The position numbers were made by a program, and so were the translations under genes. Shown one piece after another: positions 1-10,700 of a stretch of DNA of 64,000 nucleotides (its first letter is position 1; every line of letters begins with the position of its first letter). The DNA comes from Eubacteriales bacterium. Its GTDB lineage: Bacteria > Bacillota > Clostridia > Christensenellales > UBA1242. The DNA is taken from NCBI GenBank assembly GCA_018384735.1, contig JAHAXB010000022.1, forward strand, positions 1,936 to 65,935, given 5' to 3'. The notes under the pieces were generated by a model that was not told where the DNA came from, did not search any database, and was given only the letters and a program-made list of their open reading frames with translations.

Positions 1-1
1 C

Positions 2-304
2 CCTGGTAAAGTTGAAGGCAACGTGGTCTTCATGTATTTGGATGCGTTCTATGACGATAAACAACACTTATCCGAATTGAAAGCGCAATACCGCAAAGGT
101 GGGTTGGGCGATGTAACGCTGAAAAAATTATTGTTTGAATGTTTGAACGGAATTTTGGCTCCCATGCGTGAGCGCCGTGCTTATTATGAACAACACATGG
201 ACGAAGTGCGCGGCTACTTGCGTGAGGGTACCAAACGGGCGCGTGAAGTGACGGACGCAACATTGGCACAAGTCAAACACGCGATGGGTATTTATCAATT
301 ATGA
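2..304 (+). CDS. trpS: tryptophanyl-tRNA synthetase, C-terminal fragment (5' part upstream of window)
   Basis: Frame is open from the window edge to TGA at 302-304. The C-terminal pattern GGLGDVTLKK..LAPMRERR..AMGIY resembles the TrpS C-terminal helical domain. The stop overlaps the smpB start (ATGA). Confidence 0.65.
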   Translation, partial: PGKVEGNVVFMYLDAFYDDKQHLSELKAQYRKGGLGDVTLKKLLFECLNGILAPMRERRAYYEQHMDEVRGYLREGTKRAREVTDATLAQVKHAMGIYQL

Positions 305-756
305 AAATTATCGCGGAAAATCGGCAAGCCCGTTTCAATTATTTTTTGCACGATACCTTTGAAGCCGGTCTCAGTTTGCAGGGGTGGGAAGTTAAATCGG
401 CGCGCGCGGGCAATGCGACGATTACCGAAAGTTTTATTCATTTAGAACTCAGTAGTGGCAAGATTTGGTTGAAGAATGCGTACTTTGCACCATACCAAAA
501 TGGCGTTGTGGCGGAACAGGACACGCGCCGTAATCGCCAACTGTTATTGCATAAAGCCGAAATTGCCAAGATTGCCAAAGCTTGCATGGTAAAAGGCAAC
601 ACCTGCGTGCCGTTAAAAATTTATTGGACGGACGGCGGATTGTTAAAAATTAGTATTGCGGTGGCAACGGGGAAAAATTTGGTTGATAAAAAACAAACCA
701 TTAAGAAACGCGACATCGCGCGCGAAGCTGCCCGTGCGCTGGCTGCACGTAAATAA
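301..756 (+). CDS. smpB: SsrA-binding protein SmpB
   Basis: 151 aa. N-terminus IAENRQARFNYFL..GWEVKS and RRNRQLLLHK are typical SmpB signatures. Confidence 0.9.
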   Translation: MKIIAENRQARFNYFLHDTFEAGLSLQGWEVKSARAGNATITESFIHLELSSGKIWLKNAYFAPYQNGVVAEQDTRRNRQLLLHKAEIAKIAKACMVKGNTCVPLKIYWTDGGLLKISIAVATGKNLVDKKQTIKKRDIAREAARALAARK

Positions 757-815
757 AAGCCCGTTGTTAACACGCCTTTTTGGTTGATTTTGGGGGCTAA
801 CTAAATTTTTAATAC

Positions 816-845
816 TTGACGAGTGGTGGAGGTTTGCGCTAGAAT
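816..845 (+). promoter_or_regulatory. putative sigma70-type promoter for tRNA-Val
   Basis: TTGACG (816-821), 18-nt spacer, TAGAAT (840-845), about 13 nt upstream of the tRNA 5' end. Confidence 0.4.
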
Positions 846-858
846 AATTTATCCCGAT

Positions 859-934
859 GGAAGTTTAGCTCAGTTGGGAGAGCAACTGCCCTACAAGCAG
901 TAGGTCATAGGTTCGAGCCCTATAACTTCCACCA
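859..934 (+). tRNA. tRNA-Val (anticodon UAC), CCA encoded, unusual C at position 33
   Basis: Hand-folded 76-nt cloverleaf. Acceptor ggaagtt/aacttcc, D stem gctc/gagc, anticodon stem actgc/gcagt with loop cctacaa, T arm atagg-ttcgagc-cctat, then a discriminator A and CCA. Confidence 0.85.
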
Positions 935-1005
935 GCAGATTTAAGTCGGTCAACGAACCGGCTTTTTGTTTGTATATTTTAGCGTTACCAGTAAAAACTA
1001 ACGGT

Positions 1006-1728
1006 ATGCGAAGATTATTGATGATGGCGGTTTGCTTGGGGACGGCTTTGGTTACGGCACTCAGCGGAACCGGTAGCGAAATTGTTAATTGGGGTTTATC
1101 GTATCACCACGACGGCACGGCGCCCACCGTCAGCGCTTGGGGTGCGGAATTGTTACAAAAGTATGACGGGATGTATCTTGGCGACACCAGCCAAAAGCAG
1201 GTCTATCTGACATTTGATTTGGGCTACGAGGCGGGATATACAGCCGAGGTTTTGGATTTGTTAAAAGCATATCAAATTAAAGGTTTGTTCTTTTTGTGTG
1301 GAAATTATTTGCAACAAACGGAATTAGTGGCGCGGATGCAAAACGAAGGTCACCAACTGGGCAACCACACCAACAAGCATAAAGATTTGCCAAAATTGGA
1401 TGAAGCCGGCATTCGTAAAGATTTAACGGATTTGCATTTGCCCAAACCTGCTAAGTTCTTCCGTCCGCCACAAGGACGCTTTGACGAAAAAACTTTGCGC
1501 GTCGCTAAAGAGGAAGGTTTACGCGCGGTTTTGTGGAGCGTTGCGATTGTGGACTGGCAAAAGTCGCCGAAGTTAAATGTGGAGCAATGCACGCAAAAGG
1601 TTTTGGAACGTGTGCATCCGGGCGCGATTATGTTGTTTCACATTACCAACCCGGGAACGCCGGAAATGTTGCGTAAATTGATTCCTGCCTTACAGGCGCA
1701 GGGCTATTCGTTCGGAGAACTGAATTAG
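1006..1728 (+). CDS. polysaccharide deacetylase (NodB-homology, PdaA-like), secreted
   Basis: Signal-like N-terminus MRRLLMMAVCLGTALV. LTFDLGYEAGYT...NEGHQLGNHTNKH matches NodB-domain metal and catalytic motifs. The ORF track begins at TTG 970, but ATG 1006 is the more likely start. Confidence 0.7.
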   Translation: MRRLLMMAVCLGTALVTALSGTGSEIVNWGLSYHHDGTAPTVSAWGAELLQKYDGMYLGDTSQKQVYLTFDLGYEAGYTAEVLDLLKAYQIKGLFFLCGNYLQQTELVARMQNEGHQLGNHTNKHKDLPKLDEAGIRKDLTDLHLPKPAKFFRPPQGRFDEKTLRVAKEEGLRAVLWSVAIVDWQKSPKLNVEQCTQKVLERVHPGAIMLFHITNPGTPEMLRKLIPALQAQGYSFGELN

Positions 1729-1759
1729 TGAACAGTGAAAAAAAGCGTTCATCCTAGTC

Positions 1760-4700
1760 GTGGGGATAATCATTGCCGCAGGCGCGCTTTTTACTGCTGT
1801 CTATGATGTAATATATAAATATAACTCCTCTAATACTACTAACCTTAATGCTGCTACAGTGGATTATACGGGGAAGACACGTTTTGGTGTCGGGGGGACG
1901 AAAAATAATGGTGCGGAAAGTACGACACTGAGTTTTGACGCCGGGACTTATGTGGTGGCTTTTTCGGGACAACAGGGGAAATTTAATGGAGGGCCGGGTT
2001 GTAGTGCTGGGGCATGTTGTATTGCCTTTTACAAGGCAGACGGAAGTGCAGAAAGGCCTAATAGTATGACTGTAGTAATTGGTGAAGGTGGTGGATTAGG
2101 AAGTTATGCAAATGGTGGTGGAAAAACGGTTGTCTCAACTAACTTTGCTTTACCAAATGGTTATAATGGAGAATACCAGGCCATGGCGTCTGGTGGTGGA
2201 GCATTTTACGCTGGACAGGGTGCAGATGACAATGGAAGAACATTTAATGTAGCAGATGGGACATTCGCAGGATGGGAAGCGGATGGTTGGGCGACGACAA
2301 TGTGGAAAATTGGAGTTGCGACTAATCATATTCAAGGTACGCCTGCAACACAGACGCATGGTGGGTGGTTGAGGAAATATATCTCTGAAACAGAGGAGGC
2401 GGGTTTTATCATGACGCCTAATTATACAAGTGGGAATGATGAGTGGAGTGGTAAACAAGGATTGGGCGGAGGCGCTGGGTATTTTGATGGCGGTGCGTGC
2501 GTTGGAAGGCAATATGCTGGGGGTGGTTCGTGCACGCCATGGTGTTATCCGTTGTGTTCCAGCGATACGGAACGTCCCATGACTTATGCAAGGGATGCTT
2601 GGGATAGTAAGGGTAATAAAGTTCGAGTATGGATGCGAGATGGCGGTTTTGTAAATTATTACAGGATAGACCCTGAGTTGTCATATTACCCAGCCAGTAA
2701 TGAGGCACTATGGCAGGGGAATGGGATAGAGATAGAGTTAAAACCTGGGGTTAATGTGGAAGAGGGGAACGAAAGACGGCATTCAGTGGCGAAGTTCGTT
2801 AATGATTATGATAGTTACAATGAATATGACACAGGGCTGCGTACGGGCTGGGTGTATAGCGTGAGTGAGGATGGGAAGAGTTGGCACGGGGTGGGGCCTG
2901 ATGGCGTTTCTCCGTATTATAAAACTGCGCAATACAAAAACGGCAACGGTGGTGAGGGCCGTGATGGCGCGAAGAAATTAAACTCAGCTAACGAAGAACA
3001 ACTCTTGAAATATATCGAAGGCTTACCAAACGATTTGATTGGTGACCCAGCGAACCCCGAAGACGACAACGTAATTATTAAAGACGGTTATGAAAAGTGG
3101 TTTGAACACACAGACGAAAGCAACCCGATCGCAGCAAACCGTATCGTAAACGAATGGAGTCCTTATGTACCCAAACGTTCCAAAATTGGTACGACCTATG
3201 TGCGTGCGCGCTATGTTTTGTATGCGCAAGATTTCGTCAATGTGACCGGAAAAGACGCCGGCACGGATTTCAATGGTGAAGGTTGCGACGAAAAAGTATC
3301 GACCGAATACATTGGACCAACCTATAAAATGAAATACATGTATCCGGAATTTGCGGCCGAAGATGATGATTACACGATTACCGCCGTCGGTACCAAAGGT
3401 CAACAAGATACCTATTTGAAATTGACCGTTAATGCAATCAATCCGCCGGCACGCGTGGAAACTGATCCGACGTTCGCTGGTGTTGATGGAACGGGTACCG
3501 AAGCCGGCGCCAAAGTTCTTTTCTATACCGGTTATTATCAAAAATTGATTACCGCAGGTGCGACAGGCAATGACGGCGCGCCGGACTATGCGATGGACCA
3601 CATCGAATACAGTTTGTTGAACGAATACGGCACCAGGATGATTGGTTGGACCCCGAATTATGACGATATCAAAGCCATATCGTCGGGTAGATATACTGTG
3701 CAATACCGCGCAATCGGTAAAGATGGGCATTATAGCAGTGATGACGATTACGGGGAAGGGGCGTCGAAAAAGCCTTACGAGAAAACAATCATTATTAGCG
3801 ATACGCATGTGTTAGCAAAACCGGGCGGACCTGTGGCTAACAGTCCGGGAAATCTTGTTTACCAAGGGGGTGACCCCATCACGCTGTTATCGGCGGGGTC
3901 ATCGACAACGTACATGAACCCCGAAGATACCAATGATCCTGACCCCATCGGAGAGGTGTGGTACAAATTGGGCGATGGCGAACCAACCATGGATTGGTCA
4001 TCTTTGACCGCCACTGAAGTTGGAACCTATACCATTTCTTACTACGCCAAACCAACGGAGTATGGCGCCAGTACTGGCTGGCAAGCATCCGAATGGGCTA
4101 GCATTACCGTAACCATCGAAAAGGCTGACGGTCAGTTGAACCGCGGCTCCGGTGCTGACATCTTGGCCGGCATTGGTGGGTTGGTTTATAACGGTAACAG
4201 CCAAACCTTGTTCAAAGGTGCGGGTACATCATTGGGTGGTGGCACAGTGTATTACACTGTTGTGGAAACCAATTCTTCGGCGGATCCCAGTGAAACACGA
4301 ACCCCAGGAAGTAACCTGGCAGGCGAAGTTACACTGAATAATTTGAAAGCGATCAACGCGTTTGACGGCGCTAATCAGATCTATTACCACTTGTTCTACC
4401 GTGCGGCGGAAAGTTCGTCATACAAAGCAGTCAGTTGGACCTATACTGGCGTCTATACGACCATCAGCAAAGCTAAATTTACTGTATCAATTAACCAAGA
4501 AAGCGACGCGAAATACGACGGTCGCGCGCACCAAATTTGGGGTGGCAGTCCGGTCATTGCCTCGACCAATTCAACCTTGCAAGGCGCGAACCTTTTGGAT
4601 GTTAATTACACGTTGACTTATACTAGCTCGAATTATCTGGTCGAACGCGGTCCGTGGAGCACGCCAACCACGTCTTTGGATGTCATGAAAACCATTCCGG

Positions 4701-7700
4701 TGTTGGCGGGTTGGTACAAATTGACCGCGACCTGGGCGCCGAAAGCGGACGAAAGTTACAGCAATCAAATTGAAGCGCAAACCGAACCAGTGGTTTTGAC
4801 CCACGGTCAAGCCAGTTCGGGTGGTACGGATGATTATTTCAAAATTACCAAAGCGACCGACGCGGCCGAGGCGCTGGTGAAAGTCACTGGCTTAGGTATT
4901 CGCAATAACCAATCGGCGGATAATATTGTAGTTCACGTTACTACCGGTGGCGATGTTGAGGCGCCGTTTAGTGCGGAACAAAATATCGACTTGGTGGCTG
5001 GTCCGCAAGAATTGACCGAATTGAACGGTATCAGTACGCAAGGTGATGACAACTACAACAAATTGTCCTACATTTTATTGCGTTCGGATTTGACACCGAC
5101 AGCCGAAAATCCGCAATGGGTTGCATGTGCTACCGCCACCGATTTGAATACAGCGTTACCGACCGTTATTCCGAGTAGGGCGGGTACATTCTGCTTGTGG
5201 TTCAAAATTGACCGCCATAACAACTTCGCTAATGATATGATTTTCAAGGTTGCAACCATCGTGGTCGAAGGTTTCGGCGCGGATAATGTGCCTTTGAAAG
5301 GTGTCTGCCTGACCGGTTCTAACAAAGCGGTTGGCGGCGATGGCACCGGCGAAGGTAATGGTGCGATTGTTTACGACGGACAGTCTCATAAAATTGTTAA
5401 ATATGGTACTTTGCAATCGGCGGATGCGGCCTTTACTTTGGGTGATGTGTCCTACGCATGGAATACCAGTAATAACGTAATTCCGACCAGCGGTTGGGAA
5501 ACGGTAACCGACGACTTGCCGAAAATTACCAATGTCGGCACATATTATTTGTGGGTCCGCTGGACCGACAGTGAAACCGTGGTGTCCTGCGCGGGTCGTC
5601 TGTATGGCAGTGTCCAAATTAAAAAGTTGTCAATTAACGATGCTGGCACCGAGGTTTATTTCTCTGGTTTGGAATATAACGGCACCTATACGCAACGTGA
5701 CAATTTGGCCAACGGGGCTTATGATAACTATAATTTAACCTTTAGTAACCAAGCGCAATGTTTGGTTGCAAACAGCACGACTCCGACCATCGCGGTTTAT
5801 GATAAGGCAACCGGTTCGGGCGACTTGGTCGGTCAATTCGGTATCATTGAATTGGGTGTCAGTTCCGCGACCAACATGATGACTGGCAGATACGACATTA
5901 ACACGGGTAATAATTACCAATCTTTGTCCGCTGTATATTGTGGCAGTTATTATTTATGGGTTCGCTGGGGCGGCTCGACCAATGTTGAAGCGGGGGCAAT
6001 GGTGTACCGTGTGCTTGACGGTGACCGAAACGTATTGGTTGCGCCGAAATTCAACATTACCCAATTGTTAAGTTTGACCGATTCGAACTTTAGTGTGCCA
6101 ACCGTGTTCTTGGAACAAACCGACGGCGGCTACCATCCGTTCAAATATACATTCTCTGGTAATACCTATAATGCGCAATCGCAAGCCTTGTTCGCGATTA
6201 AGTTTGCGCCGACTTTGTTAATTGGCGGACAAAACTACAATGCGTCCGTGGTAGCTTATGAATATTTGTTAGTCGATAGTAACGATCCTGATGTGATTAA
6301 ATCACAAACATATGATAACCAATGGCAAAGTGCCATTAACATGGCGCAACGCAGCGATTTGGGCAACTACTATATGTGGGTTAAGATTATCATTAACGAC
6401 GAAAATGTTAATGCTACTTACTACTACATGAACCCGCAAGCGGCAACAATTTCGGCGGCGACCTCGTTCGTACAAATTCTGCCGACTGCGATTACCGGTA
6501 TCACTTATTCGGGCGATGGTAATAAACACCAATTGATTTACGCCAGTTCACAAGCCGCACCGCATGTGGAGTACTCGTTGGGTGAATTGACCGCGGTCAA
6601 TGGCGAATGGCAATGGTCAACTGATGTTAACGCTGAAATTTTAAAATGGGACCAAGCCGGAACCTTTAAAGTTTACTTCCGTGGTGCTGAATATAAAGAT
6701 AATGGTGTAGTGATTTTTGAAACCGAAGATCGCGCGAATAATAATTATCCGTACATTACGGTTTCAATCAATCGCACTGCCGCGGGATTCGTGGAAGAAA
6801 AAATGCCCAAAGCCAAATCTGGCGTGTATTATACCGGCGCACTGATTGCCTGTGATGATTTGTTCAGCAATGGTAAGGCGCAATTGAATGGCACGGAAGG
6901 TGAAGTTGATTTGGTATACAGTTGGACCGGTAACGGCGACTGGGTTTCCTATGGTGACGACAAGTTGAAACAACTTAATGCCGGATCGTATACTTTGTAC
7001 TTCAAACCGGAAGAAGGGCACAGCAATATTGATTATTCTTCAAACATTATTGGTTCAATTACCATCGTGATTAACAAGGTCGAAATCGGCATTACTAGTC
7101 CGGTTGTTGTGGGCGGTGGCGAATTGATTTACAAAGGTGCCGCTTATCAAGTTTTCCCGACCACGGAAGACTGTGGCGATTACCGTTTACAACGCGACGG
7201 CAGTCCGTTGGTTGTGGCAGGCAATCGTAACATTTGGCACAGCGAATATTTAGCTGGTGATTATGTCGATAATGGCAAACAAAAATATGGCAATATGGGG
7301 GCGATCTATTACGCGCTTTCCAACAATAAGGATACGCAACCGACCGCCGATGCCTGGAAGTCAAACTACGATGAAATCCAAATTAGTCAAGTTGGTACCT
7401 ATTACTTTTGGATGAAAGTTGATGAAGGTGACAACCATTTGGGTCTTGATGCAATTTGCTTTGAAAATACTCCGTTGACAATTGTAGCAGCAAATGCCGA
7501 TTCAATCCGTTTCAATCAATCGACTTATACCGTACAAAAAGACAGTCAAGGTCAAAATTTACGCTTCAACCGTTTGTCGCGTAACTTGATTGAGGATTTA
7601 ACCTTGTCGGTTCAAGTTTTGAATCGTGACGAAAATGGTGTATCGACCAATACCTACGGCGCTCCAGTTGCGACTAGTGAATTGGGTCGCGTATATTACT

Positions 7701-10700
7701 CCTTACGTACCCGTGCTGAAGGTGCACCAGAAATCGGTGATTATTCATCGAACGGTTGGATTGCTAACTGGCAAAACTTAGCCAAGGTTAATGCTGGCGA
7801 ATATGACTTGTGGGTCATGCTTTATAACGACGGCACTGGCAATATTGCTACAACGCGCGTTTGCTTGTCGACTTTGGCAATTGATGCCGGCATGAACCAA
7901 CGAGAAACGATCTGCATCGACAGGGCGGTTAAATCCGATATTACCGTTTCGGGTATCTCCAGTTTGTCGAATGAATTTACCGGTGATGATATTTATGTCA
8001 AAAATAAAGCATTGGCGGTTGGCGATTTGCTGGTTCGTATTTCAAGTTCGCAATACACATTGAGTAGTGAAATCGAAACGGTCGAATACATGTTCTGGAA
8101 TCTTAATGATCACACTGCGGCACCGACCGTTGATGATTACGATTGGACCAGCTGGAATCAAACCCGCGCTAGAAAAGTTGGTCAGTACCAATTGTATGTT
8201 CATGTGGTTTTAAGTGATAACACCAATATTGATGACAGCGATTTGGTTTACCCATTGTTCCCAGTTGATGGTTACGCTGAAATTACCCGCGCGGGCGAAT
8301 TGTCGTTGGTAATTAACGCGCCAGGCTTTGCTTCCGGTTTGGCTTATGATGCTACTGAACAATGCTTGTTGACCAGTCAAGCAACTTTGTCAATGCAAAA
8401 TGGTAATCATTTAATGGGTGTAAATGGTCGTGCCTGGTACTACATCAGTGGTAGCAGTATAAGCATGACCAAAGATGGCACTAATGATAATACCGCGGCC
8501 GGCGAAGACGGTTGGTACAGCGATATTACCTTGAACGGTAAATTAAAACAAGCCAACGTTGGTACCTATTACATTTGGGTCAAATTCGACGAAGGCGACA
8601 GCCACACCGCGTTGGAAGCTCGTTACATCGGTTCAGTTTCAATCAAGGCTGCGGGTGAAAACGATATTGATTTGGGTGGTATTACGTTTGCAACTGACCT
8701 TGCTTATACCGGTGCCGCACAAACTTTGTTCGGTGGTGCAGCGACTTTGCGCTTCAAAACCAGCGCTGAGTCGGCTACTGCTGATACCGCAAGCATCGAG
8801 TACGCTTATTCTGACAATCCGAGCATTATGCCTACCGACGGATGGACTGCTGATATTAGTACCTTGAAAGCAGCCAAAGCCGGTGAGTATTACGTATGGG
8901 TCAAGGTAACCGCTGCAGAAAACCAAACGACACATTCTTACAATATAGTTAGTTTCTGTAAGTGCTATTTCAATGACCCAGAAAAAGACTTTACCGAAAT
9001 CATTCCGGCCGACTTGGAACTCAGTTACTTTAACAACAGTATTGCTCCGCGCACTGAAGGTTTGATTTACATTGGTAAAGAACAAAATTTGGTTAAACTT
9101 ACCGCGAACACCGAAGGTAAATTATCGATTATCATTAGCAATAATCTTGATGTTAATATTAACGCCATTAACGATGACATTTCGGTAACATGGGGCTTGG
9201 GTAACGGTGCTAACCTTGCGGGTAAACCGACCGTTTGGTATAGCGACATCAATGAAATTAAAGGTAAGTATGCCGATACTTACTACTTATGGGTGAAAGT
9301 TGAGGGTAGTCGCAACTTGAACGACTTCATGAAATGCTACGCGTTGGTGCAGATTGCTCCGGCAGAAGTGGTGTACGGAACTTATGACGAAGTTAATCAA
9401 ATCTTTACCGCCGTCGCGCCGAGCTACTATGGTGACAACAGTGATCAATTAACCTATACCGGTGCTGACCAACAATTGTTGAAAACTGTTCCGACCGCTT
9501 GGTTCTATGCTGCGGGTGACTATTACGAAGGTAATCACTATTATCCGGTTGACCCAGAATTGCAAATTACATTTGGCGTTAATACCGATACCAACACCTT
9601 GAATATTACCGATATGAATCTGGTTACTGGTAAGAACGCTGGCGACTATCACGTCTTCTATGGTGTCCCGGCAGCAGATGGTAAATGGGAAAAATCTGTC
9701 TATGAAATTATCGTCCACATCGACCAACGTGATGCCGGCGAATTGGTGTATGGCTTGTTGGAAGCACCGCGTGCATTAACCAATGTTGCCTTTACCGATT
9801 ACTATGACAGCGTATCTGGTGAACGTAAAGGTCGTTCGCAACGCTTGATTAACTATGGTCAATTAAGCGCCTTGGCTTTGAACGAATGCGCCATTGAATT
9901 CTGGTATGAAGATGAAGGTTATGACTCCCATAAGACTTATCAATATGTCAACGGTGGTTATACCTGGGTTAATGGCGAATTGCCTGGCCGTGTCAATGTG
10001 ATTGATGGTGGATACAATATTTGTTACCGTGTGGTTGCGTTAAATGCGACCGGTAACTTTAAATCATCGACTACAACAGTAACCTTGACCGGCGTTATTA
10101 ACCCACGTCAAGTTACTTGGGTAACCCGTCCGGAAGCCGTGACCGGTTTGAAATACAGTGGTAAAGCACAACGCGCCTTGCGCGAAGGTCAATTGAATGT
10201 TGATGCCGATGCTTTGGGTGTTAAGGTTTATTACTCCGTTGTGGCACCTGGAGAAAATGTTACTGCGGCAAATCGTGCTTGGACCACGCGTGTACCTGAA
10301 ATTGATAAGATCGGTTTGTGGGATATTTACTACTATGTCGAACTCGACCAAAATAATGAGTTCGTTGGTAAAGATGCCGAAAAGAATAGTAATTTGAAAG
10401 GTTACATGGTACAAGTCTTGGTCGGACGTTATGTATTGAATATTCGTACCGCACCTGAATCCAGTTCGGTTATGTATACCGCGGTCGACCAAAAATTGGT
10501 AACTTATGCTTCGTTGTCGGTCGATACCAAGAAATTCAGCGTCAGTGAATATTTCGAAGGCAAGACAATTGCTAATGATGTAACAATCAATAAACAACTT
10601 GCTACCGCGATTGAAAATTACTTGGTTGCCGGTACTGGCAAATATGTCGACGAAACGACATACAAATTAACTGAGTATTATTTCAAAGCGAAAAACAATG

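Noticed and set aside
757-970. Looked for tmRNA (ssrA) next to smpB.
   Set aside because: Only a 76-nt tRNA-Val fits in the gap, and no tRNA-like acceptor plus tag-ORF architecture of about 350 nt is present.
3023-3808. 261-aa minus-strand ORF. Similar antisense ORFs occur at 2150-2512, 5156-5617, 8639-9085, 10064-10597 and 11237-12163, all inside the giant gene.
   Set aside because: They lie entirely antisense to a continuous 11.3-kb ORF. Their translations are low-complexity (rich in R, F, I, V, N) with no motifs, as expected for shadow ORFs opposite a long coding frame.
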